A stretch of 64,000 nucleotides of DNA, taken from NCBI GenBank assembly GCA_002269645.1, contig NIVC01003872.1, forward strand, positions 8,775-72,774, in the 5' to 3' direction. The notes under the pieces are model-generated. The model saw only the letters and a program-made list of their open reading frames with translations. It was not told the origin of the DNA and did not search any database. The stretch is from Macrostomum lignano. Taxonomy: Eukaryota. Each line of letters begins with the position of its first letter. Position 1 is the stretch's first letter. Positions 10,801-22,883 of the stretch are shown piece after piece. A program made the translations under genes and the position numbers.

Positions 10801-12323
10801 AGCACCGTGGATTGTCGGACTAAAGCACCGTGGATTGTCGGACTAAAGCACCGTGGATTGTCGGACTAAAGCACCGTGGATTGTCGGACTAAAGCACCGT
10901 GGATTGTCGGACTAAAGCACCGTGGATTGTCGGACTAAAGCACCGTGGATTGTCGGACTAAAGCACCGTGGATTGTCGGACTAAAGCACCGTGGATTGTC
11001 GGACTAAAGCACCGTGGATTGTCGGACTAAAGCACCGTGGATTGTCGGACTAAAGCACCGTGGATTGTCGGACTAAAGCACCGTGGATTGTCGGACTAAA
11101 GCACCGTGGATTGTCGGACTAAAGCACCGTGGATTGTCGGACTAAAGCACCGTGGATTGTCGGACTAAAGCACCGTGGATTGTCGGACTAAAGCACCGTG
11201 GATTGTCGGACTAAAGCACCGTGGATTGTCAGACTAAAGCACCGTGGATTGTCGGACTAAAGCACCGTGGATTGTCTGACTAAAGCACCGTGGATTGTCG
11301 GACTAAAGCACCGTGGATTGTCGGACTAAAGCACCGTGGATTGTCGGACTAAAGCACCGTGGATTGTCGGACTAAAGCACCGTGGATTGTCGGACTAAAG
11401 CACCGTGGATTGTCGGACTAAAGCACCGTGGATTGTCGGACTAAAGCACCGTGGATTGTCGGACTAAAGCACCGTGGATTGTCGGACTAAAGCACCGTGG
11501 ATTGTCGGACTAAAGCACCGTGGATTGTCGGACTAAAGCACCGTGGATTGTCGGACTAAAGCACCGTGGATTGTCGGACTAAAGCACCGTGGATTGTCGG
11601 ACTAAAGCACCGTGGATTGTCGGACTAAAGCACCGTGGATTGTCGGACTAAAGCACCGTGGATTGTCGGACTAAAGCACCGTGGATTGTCGGACTAAAGC
11701 ACCGTGGATTGTCGGACTAAAGCACCGTGGATTGTCTGACTAAAGCACCGTGGATTGTCGGACTAAAGCACCGTGGATTGTCGGACTAAAGCACCGTGGA
11801 TTGTCGGACTAAAGCACCGTGGATTGTCGGACTAAAGCACCGTGGATTGTCAGACTAAAGCACCGTGGATTGTCGGACTAAAGCACCGTGGATTGTCGGA
11901 CTAAAGCACCGTGGATTGTCTGACTAAAGCACCGTGGATTGTCGGACTAAAGCACCGTGGATTGTCGGACTAAAGCACCGTGGATTGTCGGACTAAAGCA
12001 CCGTGGATTGTCGGACTAAAGTACCGTGGATTGTCGGACTAAAGCACCGTGGATTGTCGGACTAAAGCACCGTGGATTGTCAGACTAAAGCACCGTGGAA
12101 TGTCGGACTAAAGCACCGTGGATTGTCGGACTAAAGAGCCGCAGATTTCCAGTATCACAGAGCAGCTGCTCACCTGAATATTGGGCAGCCTAGACTTGCA
12201 GGTGAAGCAGATCTCGGTGGGGTCCACATTATCGATATCCTTGGGCTGCTCGCAGCCGCAGCCGCCGCCGCAGGCGCCCAACTCGTGCAGCTGTTGTTGC
12301 TGAAGCGGTTTGCCAGACGACAT
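4858..12323 (-). CDS. TESK: TESK-family (testis-specific kinase / Drosophila cdi; LIMK-related) protein kinase, 3 exons, ~517 aa
   Basis: Exons 12323-12174, 7720-7208 and 5748-4858, all phase 0 with GT-AG sites. Protein: ALLLAVKEIYSLQDF..KGFFSNVYRV..MALKMN..HPNVLRY..LSWRVRLGLALDVARAMAYVH|GFFHRDIASKNIL..DFGLA..VGSPFWMAPE..KADVFSYGIVLCELLTRLPADPDFLPR..FGID. These match TESK signatures (GFFSEVYKV, HRDLTSKN, VGSPYWMAPE, ADPDYLPR). Confidence 0.9.
5769..6498. repeat. 30-bp minisatellite, ~24 copies (TESK intron 2)
   Basis: Unit CTGGTCACTCAATACTG(C/T)GTAATCACTCGT, starting about 20 bp from the exon 3 acceptor. Confidence 0.95.
6565..7198. repeat. 29/32-bp minisatellite, ~20 copies (TESK intron 2)
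   Basis: Two interleaved unit types, CAATGAGACCCATCTGGCACTCCAACAATCAA and CAATGAGACCCATCTGGAACTCCAATC(A/G)A, ending about 10 bp from the exon 2 donor. Confidence 0.95.
7812..12135. repeat. 23-bp satellite, ~188 copies, filling TESK intron 1
   Basis: Unit GCACCGTGGATTGTCGGACTAAA with occasional TCTGAC/TCAGAC variants. It occupies about 4.3 of the 4.45 kb intron. Confidence 0.98.
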
Positions 12324-13019
12324 GGCCTGGATAGTCGGCCAGCTGGAGAATCCGATGGCTGCTACTGCAACACACAGATGCGGGTTGAGTCAGTATGGCA
12401 GAGCAGAGAGCACAATAAGGGGGCCGGCTTGGCCAGTGTGCGTGTTTTTCTATGCTGGCGCCACTCACTGCGCTGTTGTGCCGCCCACACACGTGACTAT
12501 GGGCTACACTTACAGGCAGCGAATGCCCCCCTGCCCCAGCGTGAGTCAGTGCGCGGCCAGCCAATGCCAGCCCGCATGCATTATTCACCGCCTTCGCCTC
12601 TAATGAATTCGACTTCATTAACTGCAGCCGCGAGCCCCGATCGAGGAGAAAACTTGCTGAATAATTAATGAGGCCAGCAGCCTGCGGCTTGAACACAGAT
12701 AACAGTAATTAAACTACAGCTACACGGAATGAGACCGAGATGCGGGAAGGTGCACCGCTAAATTTGCACTTTTACTCGCAGCTGAGCCTGGTCCGCACGG
12801 CAATGAGAACTTTATTTCTAAACTGCAGAGCTCTGCTCAATTAGGCACAGCCGCACTTTTGAGTGCCGCACGGCTGACGTCAGCGTTGAAATGAAACAAG
12901 ACTTTACAAGATTGAACGGGCGGGGAAGGGAGAATTCCCCAAGCGCCAAGAGAGGCCGGTCTCCCCTCTCTTGGCGAGGAAGGGAGAACATTTGGTTCCT
13001 AATGATGCGGAGGGGCAAA

Positions 13020-15003
13020 GGGGACAGACAGGGCAGAAAGGAGAAAGAGCAGAGGGGGAACAGAGGGGAAGGAGGGGACAAGGGGGACAGGGAATCAGAG
13101 GGGACAGAGGGGACAGGGGAGCAGAGGGGACAGGGGAGCAGAGGGGACAGGGGAGCAGAGGGGACAGGGGAGCAGAGGGGACAGGGGAGCAGAGGGGACA
13201 GGGGAGCAGAGGGGACAGGAAAGCAGAGGGGACAGGGGAGCAGAGGGGACAGGGGAGCAGAGGGGACAGGAAAGCAGAGGGGACAGGAAAGCAGAGGGGA
13301 CAGGGGAGCAGAGGGGACAGGGGAGCAGAGGGGACAGGGGAGCAGAGGGGACAGGGGAGCAGAGGGGACAGGGGAGCAGAGAGGACAGGGGAGCAGAGGG
13401 GACAGGGGAGCAGAGAGGACAGGGGAGCAGAGAGGACAGGGGAGCAGAGGGGACAGGAAAGCAGAGGGGACAGGGGAGCAGAGGGACAGGGGAGCAGAGG
13501 GACAGGGGAGCAGAGGGGACAGGGGAGCAGAGGGGACAGGGGAGCAGAGGGGACAGGGGAGCAGAGGGGACAGGGGAGCAGAGAGGACAGGGGAGCAGAG
13601 AGGACAGGGGAGCAGAGGGGACAGGAAAGCAGAGGGGACAGGGGAGCAGAGGGGACAGGGGAGCAGAGGGGACAGGGGAGCAGAGGGGACAGGAAAGCAG
13701 AGGGGACAGGGGAGCAGAGGGACAGGGGAGCAGAGGGGACAGGGAGCAGAGGGGACAGGGGAGCAGAGGGGACAGGGGAGCAGAGGGGACAGGGGAGCAG
13801 AGGGACAGGGGAGCAGAGGGGACAGGGGAGCAGAGGGGACAGGGGAGCAGAGGGGACAGGGGAGCAGAGGGGACAGGGGAGCAGAGGGGACAGGGGAGCA
13901 GAGGGGACAGGGGAGCAGAGGGGACAGGGGAGCAGAGAGGACAGGGGAGCAGAGAGGACAGGGGAGCAGAGGGGACAGGAAAGCAGAGGGGACAGGGGAG
14001 CAGAGGGGACAGGGGAGCAGAGGGGACAGGGGAGCAGAGGGGACAGGAAAGCAGAGGGGACAGGGGAGCAGAGAGGACAGGGGAGCAGAGGGGACAGGGG
14101 AGCAGAGGGGACAGGGGAGGAGAGGGGACAGGGGAGCAGAGAGGACAGGGGAGCAGAGAGGACAGGGGAGCAGAGGGACAGGGGAGCAGAGGGGACAGGG
14201 GAGCAGAGGGACAGGGGGGCAGGGAATCAGAGGGGACAGGGGGGCAGGGAAGCAGAGGGGACAGGGGAGCAGAGGGGACAGGGGGCAGGGAATCAGAGGG
14301 GACAGGGGGGCAGGGAAGCAGAGGGGACAGGGGAGCAGAGAGGACAGGGGAGCAGAGGGGACAGGGGAGCAGAGGGGACAGGGGAGCAGAGGGGACAGGA
14401 AAGCAGAGGGGACAGGGGAGCAGAGGGGACAGGGGAGCAGAGAGGACAGGGGAGCAGAGGGGACAGGGGAGCAGAGGGGACAGGGGAGCAGAGGGGACAG
14501 GGGAGCAGAGGGGACAGGGGGGCAGGGAATCAGAGGGGACAGGGGAGCAGAGAGGACAGGGGAGCAGAGGGGACAGGGGAGCAGAGGGGACAGGGGAGCA
14601 GAGGGGACAGGGGAGCAGAGGGGACAGGAAAGCAGAGAGGACAGGGGAGCAGAGGGGACAGGGGAGCAGAGGGACAGGGGAGCAGAGGGGACAGGGGGCA
14701 GGGAATCAGAGGGGACAGGGGGCAGGGAAGCAGAGGGGACAGGGGATCAGAGGGGACAGGGGGGCAGGGAATCAGAGGGGACAGGGGGGCAGGGAAGCAG
14801 AGGGGACAGGGGAGCAGAGGGGACAGGGGAGCAGAGGGGACAGGGGAGCAGAGGGGACAGGAAAGCAGAGGGGACAGGGGAGCAGAGGAGACAGGAAAGC
14901 AGAGGGGACAGAAGGAGACAGGGGAGCAGAGGGCAGGGGGACAGGGGAGCAGAGGGCAGGGGGACAGGGGGACAGGGGAGCAGGGCAGGGGGGCAGGGGG
15001 GAC
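13020..15003. repeat. G/purine-rich, almost T-free tandem repeat (~17-bp unit), intergenic
   Basis: Unit GGGGACAGGGGAGCAGA with variants (GAAAGCAG, GGGAATCAG). Extreme strand asymmetry. Confidence 0.95.
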
Positions 15004-15789
15004 CAGGATACGAGAATGCAAAATTGCAGAGAAAAGCTGCAAGCAGAAAAAGCCCCGATAAGCAATCGAGAAGCCACAGAGGCGGCTGTCACGCGGGCAG
15101 CCAAGCCGCTATCAGATGAACGCAGCGGGTTTATCTGCCTAGCAACGGTACGGGTGAACTTCTAGGTTAAAAAAAAATGAACAGCCAAAGGCAGTGGAGT
15201 CAATCAAAAGCCACACAGGCCCCAGCAACGCTGGTACAGTTTAATTAGTGAATTCGGGAGCGAGTTGGCAGGGCATTTAACACAGCAGTAAAAATATGCA
15301 AATAAAAATGGGCACTTTAATTAGCAGGTGGGCAGTTGGACCATCAGATGGGAATGCCTGGCGACAATCTCAAGCTGCAGAGCTGCATCACGGAACAGCC
15401 GGGCACGCGGCGGAAAATGGGAAAAAACAAAACTGATGGAGTGCCTGGCATTTGGTCTGAGCAGCACCAAGGAGGAAAATCTGTTGATTTGCAAAAAAGA
15501 CGGACAGCAAAAGCAGAGCGCAAAATAAGGCGAATCGGACTTACAGAAATTGAGCTTTAGGAATCATCTCAGTAACTTCAGGGCCAATATTAGACATCTC
15601 AGCGGCTGCGCTTGCGAAAACTCTGAGGACACTTGGCTCAAAAAAAGCACATTGGAGGCTCCGGGCCTTTTCGATGCTTAAGGGGGGCACTCAATTCACA
15701 CTTCAGGCTAAAGCTAAAGCTTCAGGATCATTAAGACAAACTTTAGGGCCTACGTGTACATTTAACCTAAGCTTCAGGGTACTCATCTG

Positions 15790-16283
15790 AAACTTTAGGG
15801 ATAACTCATTTGAAACTTCACGGTGACTCATTTGAAACTTCAGGGGTGACTCATTTGAAACTTCAGGGGTAACTCATTTGAAACTTCACGGTTAACTCAT
15901 TTGAAACTTCAGGGGTGACTCATTTGAAACTTCAGGGGTGACTCATTTGAAACTTCAGGGGTAACTCATTTGAAACTTCAGGGGTGACTCATTTGAAACT
16001 TCACGGTGACTCATTTGAAACTTCAGGGGTAACTCATTTGAAACTTCACGGTTAACTCATTTGAAACTTCAGGGGTGACTCATTTGAAACTTCAGGGTGA
16101 CTTATTTGAAACTTCACGGTTAACTCATTTGAAACTTCAGGGGTGACTCATTTGAAACTTCAGGGGTGACTCATTTGAAACTTCAGGAGTGACTCATTTG
16201 AAACTTCAGGGGTGACTCATTTGAAACTTCAGGGGTGACTCATTTGAAACTTCAGGAGTGACTCATTTGAAACTTCAGGAGTC
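15790..16283. repeat. 22-23-bp minisatellite, ~21 copies, most containing TGACTCA
   Basis: Unit GGGGTGACTCATTTGAAACTTCA; some copies have TAACTCA. Confidence 0.9.
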
Positions 16284-16987
16284 ATTTCTCAAAAGCCTGA
16301 GGGGCAATTTATTTATAAATTGAGTAGACACTCAGGCAAAGCATCAGTCAGAACAAAAAGGCTAAAAGCAAAGCAGGCCGGTCCCCAAAAAGTGCTGGAT
16401 TTTGAGCCTAAAAAGAGTCTTACACTTACGATTTTGCAACACAACACGTAAAAACTAAATAAAAAAGGTAAACACAGAATACAAAGAACTCAATTTGATA
16501 AAAAAGCCAGTGAGCGGTGAGCAGTGTGATGAAGGCGGCACGCGGGCCAGCCCAATAGCTTCAGGAATACATACAAAGGAATTCAACAAGCGCTGAGCAG
16601 GCTGCTGAGCACACGAGCTTAGGTATGTACATGAGTGACAGTTGGCAGTAGGGCCGCAAAGGCAGCTGGAATGAGCGACATGACGGCAGTGCAGGTATGT
16701 ACAGTTGGCGAGCAAGGCTCGGTAAAGTAAGACTCTTTGTTCGCTTCGCCTAGTCCGCTATTCTGATAGGTCAAAGGTGGAAGATTTCGGCTGGAATTCT
16801 TGCCGTGAGCTGTCAGGCAAGCGAGGCGAACAAAGAGTCTCCCTGTGGCCCGGCACGAACTCCCAGTTTGAGCAGTTCACAGTGCTCTGTGACCGAATAT
16901 AGCAAGCAAACCAACGCAGCCACTCTCGAGAGGCTGCACATCAGTAAAACCCTAACTCAGAACGTCAATAGGACAGTCAGCAGCCGG

Positions 16988-19900
16988 TCAGCAGTGCGTG
17001 GCGGCCTGGTGCAGCTGGTAGGTGAGCGAGCTGAAGCCAGGCCTGTCCGCCCGCGCCTGGGCCCAGCAGGCCCGCATCAGAGCCCACACATTGTCTGGCG
17101 CTCTGTCCGGCCTGGGCAGCAGGCTGGGCGGCTCCTGCAGCTTCATGTCCCACACCTGCTCAACTGAGTAGCCGGTCCACGGCTGCTCGCCCATGCTGAA
17201 CAGCTCCCACAGCAGCACGCCGAAGGCGTACACGTCCGACTCCGGGTAGAAGCGGCTCTCGCGCACGGTCTCGGGCGCCAGCCAGCGCACGGGCAAGCAC
17301 TCCGACCCCGACACCACGTAGGCCGCCCGGTTGCCCAGCGGCAGTTTGCGGCACATGCCGAAGTCGGCCAGCCGGATATCGTAATCGGATGTGACCAGGA
17401 TGTTGCGGCTGGCCAGGTCCCTGAACACCAGGCCCCGCTTGCTGATGTAGCTCAGCGCGTTCGCCACCTGCGAGCCCATGCGCAGCAGGTCGGCCAGCTG
17501 CAGCGGCCGCAGCTGCGACTCGCCCGGCGCTGCCGCCGAAGGCACCGTCGCAGCCTCGGCAGAAGTGCCGGCCACGGAGGTCGTGAGTTCGATAGCCTCG
17601 GAATTGGCGGCCGGGTCAGCTGTAGGCCGGCCGTTGGGAACGGCCGAGTGCTGCTCCGGCTGGCCGAACTTGCCTTTGGCCGAGTTGCGCAGCAGCGTCT
17701 GCAGATCGCCGAACTCGCAGTACTCCACCAGCAGGCAGAACGGCCGCGTGCTGGCGCAGATGCCGAACACCTGCGAGGTGTTTTGCAGTGGAGATGAATG
17801 CTCACTCTTGGGTGGGATCAGCTTTATGAGCATGGGACTTAATATTCCTGCATCATGTATATTTATCCCACTGCTCAGTTTCCCCTGCCCATCTCACTGC
17901 TCAGCCTCATCAATGCTCCATCTCACTGCTCAGCCTCATCAATGCTCCATCTCACTGCTCAGCCTCATCAATGCTCCATCTCGCTGCTCAGCCTTATCTC
18001 ATTGCTCAGCCTCATCAATACTCCATCTCACTGCTCAGCCTCATCAATGCTCCATCTCACTGCTCAGCCTCATAAATACTCCATCTCACTGCTCAGCCTC
18101 ATCAATACTCCATCTCACTGCTCAGCCTTATCTCATTGCTCAGCCTCATCAATACTCCATCTCACTGCTCAGCCTCATAAATACTCCATCTCACTGCTCA
18201 GCCTCATCAATGCTCCATCTCACTGCTCAGCCTCATCAATACTCCATCTCACTGCTCAGCCTTATCAATGCTCCATCTCACTGCTCAGCCTCATCAATGG
18301 GCCATCTCACTGCCCTTATCAATCAGTGCAGTTCGAATGCAGCAAGAACAGGAGTCAGGCAGAATAGCAGCAACTATTTGTCAGTGAGTATATTTACACA
18401 GCGCAATGCAAGAATAAGTATTGTGCAAGTTTATTTTCAGTCAGGACTGTGCAATAATAAATCTGCCTTGTGCAGCAACTGATGCAAATCTACTAAGGCT
18501 GCACTGTTTAAAACCTGCGGCTGTTTACAGGGCGCACAAAAGAGCCGATGGCAGATGCCCTGACAAGCGCATAAACTGCGCAGGCCCCAAGCATCAACAA
18601 GAGGGTCAAGCCAGATCTATTTTTAGCACAGCACGCGTACTGAATTAAACACTGGAAACTGGTCAGGGGCACAGCACCGCACAGACTTGCATCCGCGTGC
18701 GAGAAACGGAAGTTCGATGTTTATGAGCGGCAAGAGATTGTGGCAAGCTATCTGAGGATGAGATATTCCATAGCAGAATGTGGGGATATTCTATGGCAGA
18801 ATGTGGGGATATTCCATAGCAGAATGTGGGGATATTCCATAGCAGAATGTGGGGATATTCCATAGCAGAATGTGGGGATATTCCATAGCAGAATGTGGGG
18901 ATATTCCATAGCAGAATGTGGGGATATTCCATAGCAGAATGTGGGGATATTCCATAGCAGAATGTGGGGATATTCCATAGCAGAATGTGGGGATATTCCA
19001 TAGCAGAATGTGGGGATATTCCATAGCAGAATGTGGGGATATTCCATAGCAGAATGTGGGGATATTCCATAGCAGAATGTGGGGATATTCCATCGCAGAA
19101 TGTGGGGATATTCCATAGCAGAATGTGGGGATATTCCATAGCAGAATGTGGGGATATTCCATAGCAGAATGTGGGGATATTCCATAGCAGAATGTGGGGA
19201 TATTCCATAGCAGAATGTGGGGATATTCCATAGCAGAATGTGGGGATATTCCATAGCAGAATGTGGGGATATTCCATAGCAGAATGTGGGGATATTCCAT
19301 AGCAGAATGTGGGGATATTCCATAGCAGAATGTGGGGATATTCCATAGCAGAATGTGGGGATATTCCATAGCAGAATGTGGGGATATTCCATAGCAGAAT
19401 GTGGGGATATTCCATAGCAGAATGTGGGGATATTACATAGCAGAATGTGGGGATATTCCATAGCAGAATGTGGGGATATTCCATAGCAGAATGTGGGGAT
19501 ATTCCATAGCAGAATGTGGGGATATTCCATAGCAGAATGTGGGGATATTCCATAGCAGAATGTGGGGATATTCCATAGCAGAATGTGGGGATATTCCATA
19601 GCAGAATGTGGGGATATTCCATAGCAGAATGTGGGGATATTCCATAGCAGAATGTGGGGATATTCCATAGCAGAATGTGGGGATATTCCATACCAATGAT
19701 GCTCCATCAGGACTGGGCATACAAATGGCACACAGGCAGCGGGCCCTGAGCAAGCAGCAGCTCACCTGCATCACATATCGGTGCTCCATGCCCAGCAGCA
19801 GCTCAGCCTCGGAGAAGAATGACTCCACAATCTGGTCATCGGCGGTCTCATCCAGCACTTTGAGCGCCACCAGCTTGGGCATATCGGGCCTGGCCTCCTT

Positions 19901-22848
19901 GTACTTGGTGGTCTCAACCAGGTGCACGGTGAAAAATGCGCCCTTACCGATCATCTTGCCCAGATCGGCGAAGTCGTCGTGCGAGTAGGCTAGCCGCTCG
20001 AGTCTTCGAAGGTCGAAACGGAATGAGGATGCGTTCTCAGAGTTCTCAACATTGATTTTTAATATATTACTAATAAATTCGGCACATTTTAAACCACGGG
20101 TCAATAACAGCTGCTATATTCATGCATTTCTACTGCAGGTTCAACTTCCAGTAGTGCAATATGAAAATTGCCAGTAAAACAAATGGAAACTGAGTGGCTT
20201 TTTAGGGCGTCTAAACAGAGCCAAAAGCCTTAAATGGACAGTTTCTAGGAAACAGTCGCACAAGAGCCGGCTAAAAATAAACCCATTGCACATGCCTAAT
20301 TTGAAGCCTGTTTTTTAATTCCCAGAGAGTAATAAGAGGCAGATAAAATGCAGAAGCTTGGCTCGCTGCCAAATTAAGTCAGGAGGGGGGAATCTCGGGG
20401 AAGGCTCAAGCAGGGACCACCCGCGATGAGCTGCTCTGAGTCCGCTGTGTGCACTGAGATAAGCGCTATCAGAGCGGCCCCAGGGTCTCTTCCAAGAGCA
20501 GCAGAAGCCCCTAGCGGTTAGTTACAAGCCATGTCTCCGAGCAAAACCGCGCCCAAAATCAGTGCACCCAGTTCCTTGAGGATTTTTATACGCAAACTGC
20601 AAAGTGCTCCCCTGGGGCAGGTAACTTTTGAAGGTCGGTTCGGTTCGCAGGCTTGAAGACTTGCTACTCAGCTCGTACTGCAGAATAAAATGCATCTTTT
20701 AGCTTTTTAACTCAGTCCCATCGTTTTCAACACCTTCAGCTTATTGTGAGCTCCGTGTCTCGTGTGCAATCGGGGGAATTCTAAGGGCCTCAGAGACGCA
20801 AGCATGTTGCGCAGTTCATGAAATCGCTTCTTCAGAAAGCCAGCATCAACCAACTTCAGTTATTAGCAAGATTAAAAATGCAAACATGAGATTGGGTCTT
20901 CAAGTTTTCCTATTCGAATTCTACAAAGTTTATCTTTGACTCCCATCAATGAAGAACCCCACACTGACACAGCTGCACTCATTTCCATAAGCAGGCTAGA
21001 ATCCAATTCGCTCCGTATCCAAGCAGGCTGAGCAGCGGCTGAAGTGGCCTCGCTTATGCCCCCCCCCCCTGCTCAAAGTGCTAATAAGCCAGCGAACTCT
21101 GGGGCTGCCTGACTGCGCTGCACTGCTACCGGCCTCACTTCATCACTTTACTCGAGCCCAGCCTCCTACAGCCCGTGCACCTGGCTCTGCTTCATCAAAG
21201 CCTCTCTGACCTCAGCGCTATTATCTGCAGCTCTCATTGTCATCATTGCAAAGCTAATTTTTTCTCTCTTCAATTCTAAAATGCGTTGACCCGCAAAGAA
21301 TTGCAAAGCGGCTCACATTGCAGCTGGCGGCTGCGCCAGGCATTTCAGTCAGATTTCAGCTGTGCGACTGAGCACTGCTCATGCCAACTCAGCTGATCAC
21401 CAGCTGCTGTGTCTGACCTCTCAGCCAGCCCTATCCCCTGTCTAACCCACCCTATCCTCTTGTCTAACCCACCCTATCCTCTTGTCTAACCCACCCTATC
21501 CTCTTGTCTAACCCACCCTATCCTCTTGTCTAACCCACCCTATCCCCTGTCTAACCCACCCTATCCTCTTGTCTAACCCACCCTATCCTCTTGTCTAACC
21601 CACCCTATCCTCTTGTCTAACCCACCCTATCCCCTGTCTAACCCACCCTATCCCCTGTCTAACCCACCCTATCCTCTTGTCTAACCCACCCTATCTACCA
21701 TGTCTAACCCACCCTATCCTCTTGTCTAACCCACCCTATCCTCTTGTCTAACCCACCCTATCCTCTTGTCTAACCCACCCTATCCCCTTGTCTAACCCAC
21801 CCTATCTACCATGTCTAACCCACCCTATCTACCATGTCTACCCACCCTATCTACCATGTCTAACCCACCCTATCCCCTTGTCTAACCCACCCTATCCCCT
21901 TGTCTAACCCACCCTATCTACCATGTCTAACCCACCCTATCTACCATGTCTAACCCACCCTATCTACCATGTCTACCCACCCTATCTACCATGTCTAACC
22001 CACCCTATCTACCATGTCTACCCACCCTATCTACCATGTCTAACCCACCCTATCTACCATGTCTAACCCACCCTATCCCCTTGTCTAACCCACCCTATCT
22101 ACCATGTCTAACCCACCCTATCCCCTTGTCTAACCCACCCTATCTACCATGTCTAACCCATCCTATCTACCATGTCTAACCCACCCTATCCCCTTGTCTA
22201 ACTCACTCTTTCCCTCTTGTCTAACCACACTATGCCCTTGTCTAAGACCTAGAATTTCACGGCGGGCAGAGTGAGAGCTGCCCACCCGCAGTCCAATACT
22301 AGTCTCTTAGAAGTCCATGACGGGCACAATTCAGCTCCGGGGCTTGTGACCCACCTTGAGGCGACAAGTGCATTCTTTTCTAGGAAAGGAGCGAGGTTCC
22401 CAGAGTTGGAGTGCCTGGAGTGCCAGCCCGAGAATCTGCGCACCAATCAGCCGTCAGATTTCCTAGAAAGGCTGCAGATCCAACAGGCCCAGAAATACCG
22501 CAGCAGCTTTTGTTCATTCCGCCCTGCATAGAGTATTAGAATGTCAGTCTGCCCTGTATAGAGTATTAGAATTAATGTCCGATTGCCCTGCAGAGCCATT
22601 CCACAGCACTCACTTCGGGTAGGTTTTGGCCAGGTGGGTCTTCTGTCCGAATTTCACGTTGCGCTGGATGATCATGTTGGGGTCGCCCGGGTCGCCTGAC
22701 AGCAGCTGGTGGCTCTGGGCCAGGCTGACCGACTCCTCACACTGGTCCTGCGGGGTGGGACTGGCTGCTGAGGACTGGCTACCTGAATGGCAGACAGGCA
22801 GACAGACAAGCAGAGAGACAGACGACAGACAGAAAGACAAACAGACAC

Positions 22849-22883
<35 letters not shown>

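Noticed and set aside
7812-12135. CRISPR-like appearance of the regular 23-58-bp arrays
   Set aside because: Units are head-to-tail with no unique spacers, there are no cas genes, and the context is eukaryotic introns.
12891-15119. 742-aa and 696-aa Gly/Arg/Glu-rich ORFs resembling collagen or RGG proteins
   Set aside because: A T-free repeat cannot contain stops, so several frames are open. No Gly-X-Y register, splice context or codon constraint.
18663-19731. Long repeat ORFs here and at 26108-26787, 41332-42260, 56975-57535 and 58336-58776
   Set aside because: All are translations of mini- or microsatellites.
21430-22235. Interstitial telomeric repeat
   Set aside because: Only one CTAACCC per 21-23-bp unit and no tandem TTAGGG.
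22260-22525. Extra RTK exon in intron 7
   Set aside because: It has an in-frame stop in the required phase, and 22614 splices cleanly to 20003 to give YPK|LERLAY.
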